DNA of 64,000 nucleotides from Oculina patagonica (Eukaryota): NCBI RefSeq assembly GCF_052425735.1, contig NC_135761.1, positions 8,866,001 to 8,930,000 of the forward strand, read 5' to 3'. Shown piece by piece: positions 1 to 13,740 of this stretch (position 1 is its first letter; each line of letters starts with the position of its first letter). The notes under the pieces were generated by a model. It saw only the letters and a program-made list of their open reading frames with translations, ran no database searches and was not told where the DNA came from. The position numbers and the translations under genes were made by a program.

Positions 1-1695
1 CAGGCTAGTAAACCAAGCTCTTCCGTTACCCAGGGGCAACTGTAGACCAGAAACTGCCAAAGTGGTTTTTCGACTAAGCTTTTGAGTTTACATTCTTGTA
101 ATGACTTTATTTCCTATAATGGAATAATACAGCAAGTATATTTGACTGATACAATCGGCATTTGGGAGGAAGACCAAGGAAACCCTCGCGAGCTTTAACA
201 TACATTAGATGCTCAAAGGCTATTTCGAACTACGGGTAATATGCCCACTCAGGCAATACTTTCAGAACCACAGCGGGAAGACATGAGAACTTTGACCAGT
301 TAGCCTGGGAAGTAAACAAAGGAAGATGGAATAGGCTAGTAGGAAGGGTTTTTGAAAGAAGGCAATATCTCTTCGAAGCCGATCCGTACCGCACTACCTA
401 ATTAAATAGGCTACAGCAAAGGTCGCTTACTAGCAGAGACTTTTTGGTGTGGCGAGGAGGGAGTCAGACAAAAGGCAAAGAAGACCCTCTCCCTTTCCGA
501 TCCAAAACAATTTTACGCCTTTGGCAATATAAAGTCCTGCGCAGGCACGAGATACAAGTCGGGTAGTGTTAACTGGTTAACGTTATTTATTTTATCATTT
601 TAATATACATTATACAAGAACAAAACAGTTATTTTACATTAAAGATTAATCGAGAGATTTCTACATTAAGATTATCGTATCGTAATCAAGAAAAAATGTG
701 ATGTCCCTGATATGGACATCTACGTCAATTACTTAGATCAGTTTTCAATTGAGTGTCGTAAAACCAAAACCAAATTATTCCCTCTGGCCAATCACAAACG
801 ACACAAAAAATAAATTGAACCAATCAAAACTGAAGCAAATATTCTGGCACGAAGCGGGGGAAAAAGGGCGGGGGCGGTTTTTTTTTTTTTTTTTTTTTTG
901 TAAAAGGGCGCGATATTTTTTACCCAATAGGGAAAAAAAAAAAAAACAAAAAAAAAACAAATTTTTACACAAAAAACCCTATCACTGCCCAACTAACAAT
1001 GCTCAACAAAAAAAAATAATCTTCGTTTCTCTGTCTACTTACATCAACTTGTAAGAGTTCCTCGTTGTTCTGCTATAGTTTTCATTGTTTCCTAAGAATG
1101 ATCAAAATCTTATTTCTCTTTTCAATACATGCAATACATACACGTGTCATGCAGAAAGGTGAAGAGAAGAGAATAAAGAGAATCATCAGCTAGGTGATAT
1201 CGTCTTGACTTCAATAAATTCTCTGAATGTTACATTATATAAAAGGTAACGCCATTAGAAATGATAAGTAATACTTAGAGCTTGTGGCAACGCAAGCCCA
1301 ATAAAAATCCAATTGTGCACAGGTTTTACATTTCCTTTAACTCTGTCCGCAAGTTTAACCAAGTCCATACTATGCTTGCTTTCCAGGCAAAGCCAAAAGG
1401 CCGACCTGGACCTGTTTTTTACACAAGATAACTTAGGTGAGCCACTAGACTTCTCGTCCGGTAGGGCATGCAGACTGGCAAAATAGTTTCCTTAAACTGG
1501 TTTGCATTGTTTAATTACTCTACAGAATTGTATGCAACTAAATTTACTTAGACAAACTACAACGTTTCTTCCTTTCTTCCCGTTTTCAATGATCCAAATG
1601 ATAGGTTGCATGTGTCTCATTCACGAAACCGTAAATCATTGAAAACTTGATCTTGCATCCATTTTAAACTGCTACGAGGCCGGGGTTTTGCCAGT

Positions 1696-4600
1696 TTAAT
1701 CAGAAATGAGCTGACACTTTCCGACCTTGAACTCAGTTGTTGCTTTATCAAATTGCAAGCTTAGCTTTTCTGTTGCTTCCTTAGGTAGCTTCAGCTTTTT
1801 CTCCAGTCTTTTCAGTCGCATGGGACGTCTTCTGCTGATGCAGGTAAAGCCGGGTAGGCAAGGGCAGGAAAAGGCAAACGAAACTTCCTGGAATGAAACA
1901 AAATAATACTTGCACGTCAAAGTGAGTTTCTAATGACCAAAACCAATAAGCAATCACATCTAATCAGTCACACAACCCAGACACATACAAAGCTCGAAGC
2001 AAAAGCATTTAGAGAAATGGTCAAAACTATTGTACTCAGACAGGACCCACCACTCTGCAAACAGACAGGTGGTCTCTTCATGTACCCTACCTTTCCCACC
2101 TTAAAAGATGGTGTCTTGTTTGTATAGCCCCCAGCCTATCAGGAGTAGAAACCAGGAAAAAGATTTAAACCTCCTTGTGCCATTTTTCCAGCAATACAAG
2201 CTTCATGCACACCGAATATGAAAGTCTCAACTTGAATTTTGAGGTCAATAAATTTTGTCCATTTGGCTAATCAGACAGGTGGTGCCTTGCATAACCCCAT
2301 TAGCCCAACACAAGGTGGGTCCTCGTCGAGGACACTTGTTATGACCACTTCCCTTAGCTTTTGACAAGCCCGTGAAGCTCAAACCACGTTAAGTTTTTGT
2401 TTTGCTCCTGATAAGTTGAAGCAATGCATCAGGAGATGATTGCTCACATGGTTTAGAGCCAATTAAAACAGCTTTTAGAACCCAAAACTTAACGAAACAG
2501 GCATAATAATTTCCTGCAGCCAATTAACTGAGAAACTTCCTTCCCTTGAATCTTAGGCAATTAATTTTATGTACGACCATCCACTCAATGAGTTTGTGCT
2601 TGTCGGGGTTTCTTGTGGAGCAACGAACGAAGAGGTGAAGCAAGTGTGGAAAGGAATCTGCCAGGCTGGCAAATCCATGGATTGAGAAAACCTACCGTAT
2701 TGGTTATTTGGTTAAAAGAGGCTAAAAAGGTCCCAAAATGCATATGAGTAATTTCTTGTTACTAGAGGAGGAGAACTGTTAGAAGGGTGTTGACAGCTGC
2801 AGCTGCCAAACAGAAAACGGCAAATGCCTATGGACAGTCTTCTTGAGTCTCGTTTGGCAGGAAATAAAATTAAGACAAAACAAATGCAGAAAGTCACACG
2901 CAGCCTTTATAGCGATAAAAGAATCATTGAATACAAGGTAACTAGATTACTTGGGGGCTTCGTTAGATCTCTCCATAAAAACTTAAGAATGGGACCGGGT
3001 ATGCCCATAAGGAAGATGCCTACCTCTGCAACACAGAGTTGTCCAGGCAGGCGGTAACCCACGCATAGTCCCAAATCTCTCAAGCAACACCTTCCCTTCC
3101 CGCAGTCTGCAGTGTGACTGCAGTTAAGGGACACTGGATTTGGATCCTTGGGAACGTCCTTCAAAGCTCGGGCAATACACACACCAAGTGCAGACTTCAA
3201 CTGCTTGTGTGGTTGGGCGCCCCTAGATTGGTCTTGATGCCGCATGCCAATGAGGAAATGGCAGAATTCGGTCATCTTGCAGTCAGCATGGGAATTACAC
3301 GAGTAAGAGGTCTTTCGAGGAGGGGTTGTTATCGCGGTTGTCGGCATTGGTAGGCATAACCTGGTCAGGTTATGGCAAAAATCTCCATCATTCTCACAGT
3401 CTGAGTCAGAGGTGCATCCGGAACGCGGTGAAGAAGTTGTTGGTTCAAAGAACACGGTGAGGTTTGGTAGGCAAATGTTGAAGAAGTCGTGGCAGTATTG
3501 TCCCTTGGGACATTCGGCACTTTTCTTGCACGTTGGTACGCTTGAGCGGGACTTCGTTGTGACAGTTGCCGGGACGTGAGGATTGTCCACACACGTTCCA
3601 AAAAAGACGTGGCAGGACTGATTTTGGCGACAGTCTTCGTCTACTCTGCACGAGGGTGACGTTTTAGTTTGTCCTGTCAACCTCATTTTACTCCTCTGTG
3701 TGTGCTTAGCGAAGCAAACCTTAAGAAAGCTATGGCACACCTCGCGCTTTGCACAGTCTCTGTCTTCTCGGCATCGCAGAGTCTTCCTTCTTGGCTTGTT
3801 TGATGATGGAGCACGACACTCAAGAGTATTTTGACATCCTGTGTCTTCTCTACGCTCCTAAAATATATCAATTAAAAACACGGTTTTAACGACCATTTTT
3901 GTACACTTTTAGTTTGCACTTGGTCCTTCCCCTCCCAAGAAAGGATCTCGCTTTATTCCTCATTTCTAGTTCGGTCATGATCAAAGTGACTCGAGACGCG
4001 AAAACGGCCGGAAAAAAATTTGAACCATCTTCACATACATTCCAGCAGACCAAAGAACCAAAATCGCCGATCAACAGCGAGTCTGCAGAATATTCAAATC
4101 AGAAAAACTCCAAATTTTACCTCAAAACATTTCGGTAGGTGTTACCCGAGAAAGGAGTTAGTGATCAATATAGCCAATATTGCCTGATCATATACTGATC
4201 AAAATCTAATTTTATGTCATGACGGTTCTTCCAATTTGTTTGACAGGCACTTACCGAGTGTTTCCTTTTAGTGCTTATCGTGTACACTTTACTATTTTTA
4301 AGTAAGAAATCTTTTATACATGTACATCTTTGCTGGGCTTTTCAATGAAAAATTGTAAATGTATACTTATGACAGAGACATAAACTGTAATAAAAGTTTC
4401 ACGAATAAAACTACGCTTAATATCAATTCAAGTTTAACATTGACTACACTCTTTTTTTATCTAAGACGAAATCACCTCACGGCTAGTCTAGAATTGCATA
4501 AAAAAGTTTTCGACAATTTAAACTGTAGACAATGCAAAACTATTTCTCTTCTTATCTTTCTTTAAAGAAACCTTCCATTGTTTACTGAAAATATTTGGCA

Positions 4601-6141
4601 CGTCGCATTTCTTTTTTTTTTTTTTCTTTTGCATTTTGTATCGCTATTAATATATTGTCTATTTTTGTGATATTGTAAAAACAGCTGTATACTTTTTATA
4701 GAATAAGAAATAATTTGCTTTTTGCTTGTCTCGTTCCCTAGCCAATCATAGTATAACTGTTTGATAAGGGTTATTGATCAATACAGTGATAAAAATTCTT
4801 TAAAAGTTTTACTTATCATCAAAGTAATTACCAAGATTTCCTTAAGGAACTGTCATTGCGGTAGTTCAGCGTAATGAGGTGTTATGTATAAACTAATTTT
4901 CCTGATCTGAACGGATTTTCGCATCAATAAAAAGCTTTTAAAGAGTTTTGAGATCAATTTCAATACTTTTGACATAAAAAATTACTTTTGAACTATAATT
5001 AGGGATAATTTTTCCATATCTAATCGTTCATGGTTTCCTGATAAGACTTGTGCCGAAAAAAGACCACTAATAGCTAGCAGAGATTAAATCGAAGTTAAAT
5101 GTGATACTGCGAATATTCACATCGATATTCAAAGCTTTTTGCATTGTATTTGTTCGCTGGTTTCTTCAATAGATAATTACATCGTTTCTCAGACATAGCC
5201 AAACTGCTAGTATGTAGTTATGCTAATGAACCTGCCTCACAAATACACGATCTGAGAGTCAGCAAGTAAACTGAAGTTTATAATGATAAAAAGTGGTTGA
5301 GTTTTGTACAAAATAGCTTGTTGGGCCCGACGTCTTTTTCGAAACTTCTTTGTTTCACTAAGTAAACATTTATAACAAAGCGACACATCGAAATTAATTT
5401 TGTGGGCACTGATTAGGTTCTCTACGGTCTTTATATGTCGACACGCACGAAGACGTTCGCCTGAGTGAGTGGTTAGTTTTTGCTCTAAGGTTTCTGTATG
5501 AATACCAAGAATTTGTTCATAAAGAATTTTCTCTAGGGAACTAACTTAGCTATGCAGTGCAACAGGACTAAGCATGCAAGCTTCCGTTTTTCTTTGCTCG
5601 TCATTGTATTTTAGAGAAGCATTGAGCACGTTATCAGTGCACAGCTTCCTTAACTCAACATGCTTGCCGCATTAGATACTTGATTGCTTCATACTTACCT
5701 CACACGAAGAAAGCCTTTGAAGCTAAAGTAAGGTGTACGTGTAAAAACAAGTTTAAAGCTAAACGAAACAAGCCAAATCAGCCGGTTGAAACTTGCCGAA
5801 AATCACTTAAACTACATTGAATATTTTTTCTAAGAGGTAAACTACAGGAATAGCTCATCACCGTCAAAAAGAAGATATTCCGCTGCCCATTCGATCAACC
5901 CAGGAGGTAATATAAGGGTCTAATCAGTGTTTATATGCGAGAGTACAAGTTGCAAAACCCAACAAGAAAGAAACACCGCCACGAGCTCGAGGCCCAGATA
6001 GGTCAGTAGTAACTGTACAGCTATAAACGAAATTAAGCCGTTTACCTTCAAGACGTTTACATCCGCGTCGTCTTCATTGACCGCCAAAGTAGAAGAGATT
6101 GTCAACAAAACTAGTGCTGTGAGACATGTCCTAGAAGTCAT
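1696..6141 (-). CDS. Secreted cysteine-rich protein, 373 aa, 3 coding exons (6141-6046, 3857-3024, 1887-1696); tandem 4-Cys repeats plus C-terminal colipase-fold (Dickkopf CRD2/prokineticin-like) domain
   Basis: Exon 1 encodes a signal peptide (MTSRTCLTALVLLTISSTLA) and ends AAG|GTAAAC. Exon 2 follows ttttag, is in frame with ORF 2907-3740 and ends GAG|GTAGGC. Exon 3 follows ttccag and is in frame with ORF 1696-1920. Both introns are phase 0. Splicing creates C-x5-C-x4-CC-x6-C-x9-C-x10-CPC-x5-C...C (10 Cys), the colipase-fold pattern. Orthology not established. Confidence 0.85.
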
Positions 6142-8334
6142 CTTGAGACAATTGACAAATACTCGAATAAGCTCTTGACTCAGCTGAGTGCTTCAGTGGT
6201 GTGGCTTAAGATTGTATTGAGAGGCACAAGCCAATTCCGCTTAGACGTCTTGTAATTTGTTTGCGCTGTTCAGAGTCGCAAAATCGAGGTGTGTTCGGGA
6301 AGTCGACCTTGTTCGATCGGAAGTTTCATCCCTTGACGCAAGACAGACAAGTTTCGGCCGGAGACTTAATAGTGAATTTTAATTGACGATAAATGGAAAT
6401 AAGTTAGCCACTGTCTACTTTGATCTCTCCGGCCCTAATCAAACAACTATTTTAAAAATGCCATCTTCCATTTTAAATGTGCTGTTTGCATAAGCTACTT
6501 TCTCAGCTCAGTTAATTAAAAATGACTTTTGTGGATGTCTTAAGTGTTTTGCTAATCATGTTTACGTTTAAAAAAGAAATAAGTTTGACGTTTGAAGTGA
6601 TTCGCACTCATAAAACTCTTGTAAAAGCGACAGTAGGTTTTTTCGAGCGGTTTTGTGCATTAAGATTCTATTCCAGTAATTCGTTGATGGGGTCGCTGGC
6701 TTGGTTTTATTGGTGATAAAAGTTTTCAACGTCCCCTCAAATTATTGCGTAATTCTTATCACTTTTTTACAAGTTGATGGTAAAAAAAAGTGAAAAAAGC
6801 TAACAGCACCATCTGTAGCTTGACCCTAAAACTGATGACTTTGGCAAAGACGTGCAAAAACGTAAGATTATCAATCGGAAATTTATCCCAATGAGGTGAT
6901 AATGGATATACGCTTTGGTTTCTTGTCAGATGTTCGTTCTTCTATTTGTGTTTCTCGATCTCTCAAGTAGTTTTTTCCGACGGCACGGTTTGGTTCGTGT
7001 TGTAAGGAAGGGCGTTTTCTTTATATCCGCCTAGTCTCACAAATTGCAATGGTTTCCCTCCTTGCCACTTGCATAAACAGATACCAACACTTACGTACCT
7101 GAGTGATATTTTGCTCTATTTTGAGTACTCAGAGTACTCAGATACCGTCCTTGCGGTGAGAACTGTAAACATCTATAGAGACAAATAGCTTAACGGTGCG
7201 TGCATGCGTAGGTGTGTTTGTATGCCGGGAGGAGGCGGGTGAGAGGGTAGCCCACACTGAAATATCCCGCCGAATAATGATTGATTTTCTCGGATTTGAT
7301 CGGCCGACCCGCATCCCACAACCATTTAAAAATGTCCCACATTTCGGATATACAGTGCAACCCCGTTTTAGGCCACCTCGTTACTTCATCATTGCCTACC
7401 GAGCTACTTTTCTTTGGCCCAAGCATCCGTTTTAGGCAAACCTCGTGCACGAAAGCTGACAGCAAGGAATGTTCTTACTAACTATAAATCATTCATATTT
7501 TCACATAGGGTCATATAGGACGTATAAAGATCTGTCTTATTAAAGGACAAAAGCAGTGAATAAACGTTTTAAAGCCAGATATAACCGTATTTTCACATAC
7601 GTTGATGATATGGTGCCTAAAGACGTTTATTTACCTGAATAGCTTAGTGAACCGTCAGTTGTTAGAAATAAGGTTCGCTGTATCGAAATGTTGTGTCAAG
7701 CTTGACAATTTTCATCCCAAGCGGCATAATGTGAACAAAAGCAAAGAGCCGGTCCTGCCATTGTATTGGCAAGTCCGTAACACCTGCGAATCAGAGAGTA
7801 CCGCCCTTTGTTGATCGGTGCGACATCACGCACTATTTAATATATTTCTACTCATTTAGATTCCGAGACGAGAAATATGACACTCTTACTTTTAAGAGCC
7901 ACTTCACTGTAATTTTGGACCGACACAAGTAGGGCTGTCTAGGCAAAAAATATCATATCCAAACAGTAATTTATAGCTCAAAGGCAATATTCAAGGATTA
8001 CCGAAAGTCAAATAAAATAAATGCACTAAACTGTTCTGCCGAGAATATAGTCTTGATGAGCGAGCAAATGAGTCTTCTAGGTTAATAAGGCCCAGCATCA
8101 AGCAAGTTTGAAAGAAGCCACATAAATCTTTTTACGACACAAAATAATTGCGCTTGGCGTTATTGCAAAAGAATGCGTGGTTTCCCAGCAGAATTAAAAA
8201 TAACTTCACGGAAACGATATTTTCGAGATACTTGTATCGCCGGCGACATCTGCATCAGACAGTGCACTGGCTGAAGTGCTTCCTTTCAACAAACTTTTGA
8301 ACTTCCTTACATTACGTTCCTTCGCGACCAAAAC

Positions 8335-9068
8335 CAGGGGCGTAGCCAGCTTTTTGGAGAGTTGTAGGCCTGGTCAATTGCTTTTCGAAGGGTTTGGGGA
8401 GGAGGTGGTCTGCCGAGGAATTTTTTTTGGATCAAGACTTTCCCAAAAACAGAGGCTTGAATAACATTTTTCATAAGCAGCTTCCGGTTGATCCGGTTGC
8501 TTTGAAATGCAGAAGCTCGGAAATGCAATTTCCAGCCTTTTGGGCATCAAAAAAAGTGCGGTTGATGATTACTTTTATTGACCACAGAACAGATTTTTCA
8601 GCTGAACTTTTTTAGATTTTTAGACGGCAGTAAGAGGCCCTACAGGTGGCGGTAGACTGCCGGTTAACGGTTTGTACTGAAATCCCTGCAAAAAAGCTTT
8701 CTCCTTCACTTTCTGCTGATGTTCTGTGTATTTCACATCACCTAAATTATAACATTTCATAGGAAGGAATTGCGCCAGTTTTCACTCATTCTAAAATAAC
8801 ACTCTCGTCTTTTACGGCGCATGCCATTGAGCGTTTGTCTGCCACCTTGCCAGTCAAGAAGGCTCCTGAGTTTGTACCTGCTAGAAGAGCCTTGATCTCA
8901 CCGCGAAAGGGTAGTTGTGAAACATATAACGCTATAACTTACGTTACAAATTGCTCTCAATTTATCTTGAAAGAGTTTTAGCCTGAATTGTTTCATTTTG
9001 AAAATACCGAGTGGCTTGAAAAATTTGTAGGCCCGGGCCTACGGGCCTATAGGCTGGCTACGCCCCTG
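8335..9068. mobile_element. Non-autonomous DNA transposon (hAT-like ends, 5-bp TSD)
   Basis: Perfect 16-bp TIR CAGGGGCGTAGCCAGC (8335-8350 / 9053-9068), flanked by AAAAC on both sides; no transposase ORF. Confidence 0.8.
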
Positions 9069-9479
9069 AAAACTGTCAACGAACAAAGACAGTAACGACA
9101 TTATTAAAAAAAATGGAACGTATAAAAGTAAAGGCCCTATTATTGATTCATCCCTCTTCCGTTTATCTTAAAGCTGTCTAATTTAATTTCCGAGCGGAAA
9201 CAATCACAACCACAGTTTAGAGTTAACCTATTTAGATCTATTTACGTAGTTAGAGTTTTTAGAATAAACCAGTTCACAAAAACCTTCCAACAAATTAATC
9301 AAGATTAATTGGTGGTAGTGATTAATCTAATTAATTAGATTAGTGGTGATTAATCTCATTAATCTTGGTTTAAGTAACGTTAGAAATTTCTATTTTCCTA
9401 ATTTTTATCATATTTTACATTTGTAGTTAGATACGTTTTGTTTTTTGTAGTAGGTCCACATTGGCCTTTTGGCTGCCTA

Positions 9480-9672
9480 CAGTCAACTATCTCTTAACGG
9501 ACATCTTTATAAGACGGGCACCTCTTTAAGACATGTACAGACACCTGTTGTTGGTCCCGTCCCTGCCGTTTTTCAAAGATGATTTTACTGTAAATGAACT
9601 CCCTATAAGACGGAGACCTCTCTAAGACGAGGAGCCGGTCCCGAAGGTGTCCGTGATAGAGAGATTTGACTG
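9480..9672. mobile_element. Tc1/mariner-type MITE (TA TSD); related partial copy starts near 19275
   Basis: TA|CAGTCAA...TTGACTG|TA ends with internal repeats of a cctct-t(a/c)t(a/t)a-acgga motif. Confidence 0.7.
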
Positions 9673-10204
9673 TATACCAACTAAAGCATGATGATGATGA
9701 ATTCAACGCAAAGTTTATGCTCTTGACTTTATAGCAACTTGGTCCACGATAAAAAAGAGCGGTCCAAGCTGTCGATGCCGCAATACGAATTGCTAAGAAT
9801 GGACCACTCACTGATAGGTTTCACCGAATTCCTTTTTCAAGACATTGTACAAAAGAAATCAGCTTGTCACGTAGTAAAAATCTATCTTTCTTCATAACTG
9901 GTGGACAGATCTACGAAAGCGGCCTCAAAATGCGCCAAACTTTGCCAGAGCGCTTTTGCCTAGAACGAATCCATAGTATTTAGGACTCATTTAGGTGGTT
10001 ATCAGCAAAAAAAATTAAAAGAAAAAATAATTTTATTGGAACAAGCTTGTTCGGTTCGTATCAGGAAATATTGGTCTTATTCTTCTTTTTTTTTCTTTTC
10101 GTTTCTGTTTCTGGCAAGTTCGCATAGACCTTTCCTTCGATATATACGGTCTGTAAACATCATGTTGCTCAACTGAAAACGAGACCAATATGCTGTCTCC
10201 ATAA

Positions 10205-13200
10205 GGACCTCTCGCTTGTGCGAAAACATCTATTTATATACCCACTTATGAGTTGTGTTATTCATTGAATTCCTTCCTTTCTATTTTACTGCTGCGTTAA
10301 ACCACCAGCTCAATCGTCAACTACCGCATGATTCCGCAGTTTAGCGCCATGTTTCTAATACCTTAGCTCTCAGTGAGTATAATCTAATTTCATTGAAAAA
10401 TTATAATGGTGTACACAATCCAAGAGTTAGAGGAAAAACATCGTTACCTACGACAAGATTTGAATCCACAATAGACGCGTGTTTTTTTTTTTAAATAATT
10501 GTGGCTAGACTATATTGAAACATTTCCACTGGTGGGCGGTTCGTGTGTAAACTCAAGGATGCGATTTTCGGCACTGGTGATGAAAGGGCGTTTGACGTAT
10601 CTAGAAACCTTATAACTAAGCCGGGGTTTGCTGGCGGATAAGGGGTTAACTACTTTTTTGTTTTTTTTTTTTATCCTAGTTTTGTTATTTATGCCGAACA
10701 TTCGTTATTTTGCAACGTTTTGTTTAGCCTGCGAACAGGCTTTCCGGAGATTTCCGAAGAGCGCTTGGACGGCGCGAAGCGACGAGATGCGAAGCGTCGA
10801 GAAAGAAATCCTGACGCATCTCTCAGGATATCGAGTGTTCGGCGTCCAAATTTTGGACGCAATGTGCTGATATCACTAGCCAATCACAAACCCTCATATA
10901 CACATTGGTGGATTTTAATTATTTGTGACGTTGTCGATCTTTTTCATTTCCGGTAGAGACAAAAATCAAATAGAACGTGTCTGGTTTCTTGAGAACGGCG
11001 TTAGCGACTGCTTGCCAAGTTTTCGTTATTATGGCGATATTGTTATTTTGCGAGAAGGATTATGTTTTCTGACGGGAAAATATACTTTACGGTATTTACC
11101 CCCAAAAGCGCAGCGGCTCTTTTTAGATTATTCGCGATCATTTTGATCCGGCGCTTACTTTAGGGCGGCTTTTATTTTTTAATGAAGGCGCTTATTTTGA
11201 ACTCCGCTTTAGAGCTCAAGTTTTTCGAGTACTGTGCGGTGCCTATTATTGCTCTCATTTGCGGCGCTTATTTCAAGAGGAGATTTTTCAAGTAAATCAT
11301 GATGTAAGTGAACGACCTGGAGTATTTTATTTTTTTAGCAAGCGCCCGCTGTGATATGTTCAATTGCACCATCGCGTTAGATTAAGTCTAGAACATGCCA
11401 TGGTAAATATTTTTTTCCCATAAAAATCAAACTGCAAACTTTTGTTGACGTCCGAGAAACGCGTGGCAGGAAAACAAGATAAAGCAAAAATAAAAATAAA
11501 CTTAATTACACAGAAAGCGCTGCAGAAGATCGAAGCTACCGCGAACGAACGAGGCAAATACCTTATCATAGGAAACTAACGCTCCATGAAAATAACGCGA
11601 ATTCTCAAAATTCGCGTTAATTTTTGTGAGTGTTAATTTCCGCGAGAGTGGAGTGTTAATTTCCGAGACGTAATTTTACCCCAAATTCTAGATACTGTTC
11701 AAACTCATATTGCAACTAGGAAACAATAACCTTCTCTCTCCTGCACACTATTTTCAATCTTTTACAAGGTGAAATCCTTAAATTAAAATCCTTAAATTTG
11801 TGTCATCTGCAATACTTTCAGTCCATACTTGCTTCCAGAAGAGCGGCTCTCGACATCCGTTTTTTGTACAACAGCCAAAATATTTTTTAGAGAAATTAAT
11901 AATCGCGTTAACTATCTTCATTTTGAAAAATTTGCCCCTCTCTCGCGTTAACTTCAGGTTTTATTCGAAAGAAATTCTTCCTCCAATTTGCGTTTATTTG
12001 AGTCGCGTTATTTTCAGACCTTATTCGTTAACTTACAGGAGCGTTAACACTACAGCTGCCCCCGCTGTTAATCATGTCTTCTTTTTTTTTTTCCTTTTTT
12101 TAGCACATACGTTGCAACAGTCAATTATTTAACTTAATGTTTTGGCTATTCTGTCTACTAAATTGATTGGAAATCAATTTTCTGTTTGGGATGTTTCTGA
12201 AGAAAACAATCGCTGGCGTCTCGTGTTGGAACGACGACATACGATTTAAAACGAACTGTCAAAGCCAGTATGAATAAACAAAACAAAGCGAAATTATGCA
12301 AGAAATTATGCAAAAAATGATTAATGATAACGTTAATTCAATTACAAAAATGCGACTGCAACAGCTTGTATTATTTTGCCACGTCGATGTTTGAATGATC
12401 TCAAACTTTAGCAACAGCAAAGACCTCGCGCTTGTTCAATAACATCTATTTATATACCCACTTATCAGTTCTGTTATTCATTTAATTCCCTTTTTTCTAT
12501 GTCACTGCTGCCTTAAAACCTTCAGCCACCAGCTCAATCATGAGCTGGTGGTAATAATTCCGCAGTTTAGCGCCCTGCAGGGCCATCTTTTTAATAAAAG
12601 ACTTTAACTCTCAGTGAGCACAAGCTAATTACTTTTCACTGGAAATTAAAGGTGTACATAGTACACGCGAGGAAGGAAAAAACATCGTTCCGTGGTATGT
12701 TCTAGTCTATATATAACGTGTTGGTGCAAATAAACATATCACAGAATTCGGCACTTTGAAAAATAAAATACTCCAGGTCGTTCACTAACATATTTACTCG
12801 AAAAATATCCTCTTGAAATAAGCACCGCAAATGAGAGCAATTATAGACACCGCACCGTATTCGAAGCACTTGAGCTCTAAAGCAGAGTTTTAAATAAGCG
12901 CCTTCATTGAAAAATAAAAGCCGCCCTAAAAAAAGCGCCGGATCAAAATGATCGAGAAAAATTTAATAAGAGCCGCTGCGCTTTTGCGAGCAAATACAGT
13001 AAGTACGTATTTTCCCATCGGAAAACATAACGTTGCTAAATAACAATATTCGCCATAAATAACAAAACTAGGATAAGAAGTTAACTTATCCGTCAAACCC
13101 CGGCTTTGTTATATCGTTTCTAGAAACGTCAAACGCAACTTCACCAGTGCCGAAAATCGCATCCTTGAGTTTACAAATAAAAAACCGACCACCCATTTTC

Positions 13201-13740
13201 AATATAATTTAGCCACATTTATAAAAACATGCATCTATCGTTGATTCAAATCTTGCCGTAGATAAAATACGTTTTCTCATAAGGATCAAACTGCGAACTT
13301 TTCTTTACGTCCGAGAAACGCGTGACAGGAAAACAATATTAAGCAAAAATGCGAGTAAATACAGTAAATACATATTTTGCATAAACAACAAAACTAGGAT
13401 ACAAATTACCAAAACCCGGCTTTGTTATAACGTTTCTGGAAACGTCAAACGCCCTCTTACACCAGTGCCGAAAATAGCATCCTTGAGTTTACAATTAAAA
13501 AATTGACCGCCCACCAGTAAACGTTTCAATATAATTTAGCCACAATTATCGAAAACACGCGTCTGTCCTGGATTCAAATTTTGTCGTAGATAAAATACTT
13601 TTTCTCATAAAAATCAAACTGCAAATTTTTCATTACGTTCGTTACAGGAAAACAAGATAAAACAAACATAAAAAATAAACTTATTTACATGCACAGAAAG
13701 TGCTGCGGAACATCGAAGCTACTGCGAACGAACGAGGCAT
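10205..13740. repeat. Diverged ~1.35-kb tandem duplication (copy A ~10205-11560, copy B ~12421-13740) with a ~960-bp internal segment inverted between the copies
   Basis: 10205-10445 matches 12421-12690 directly. 10449-10700 matches ~13090-13265 and again ~13380-13590 as reverse complement. 11020-11400 matches ~12690-13070 as reverse complement. 11410-11560 matches ~13600-13740 directly. Aligned by eye. Confidence 0.75.

Noticed and set aside
749-1054. Lys/Phe-rich ORFs on both strands
   Set aside because: They come from homopolymer runs inside a degraded MITE copy; the stretch looks like low-quality consensus sequence, not coding DNA.
7190-7481. Overlapping short ORFs upstream of the Dkk-like gene
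   Set aside because: No recognisable domain or spliceable coding frame; more likely promoter or 5'UTR sequence (possible minus-strand donor near 7099), which I cannot support firmly.
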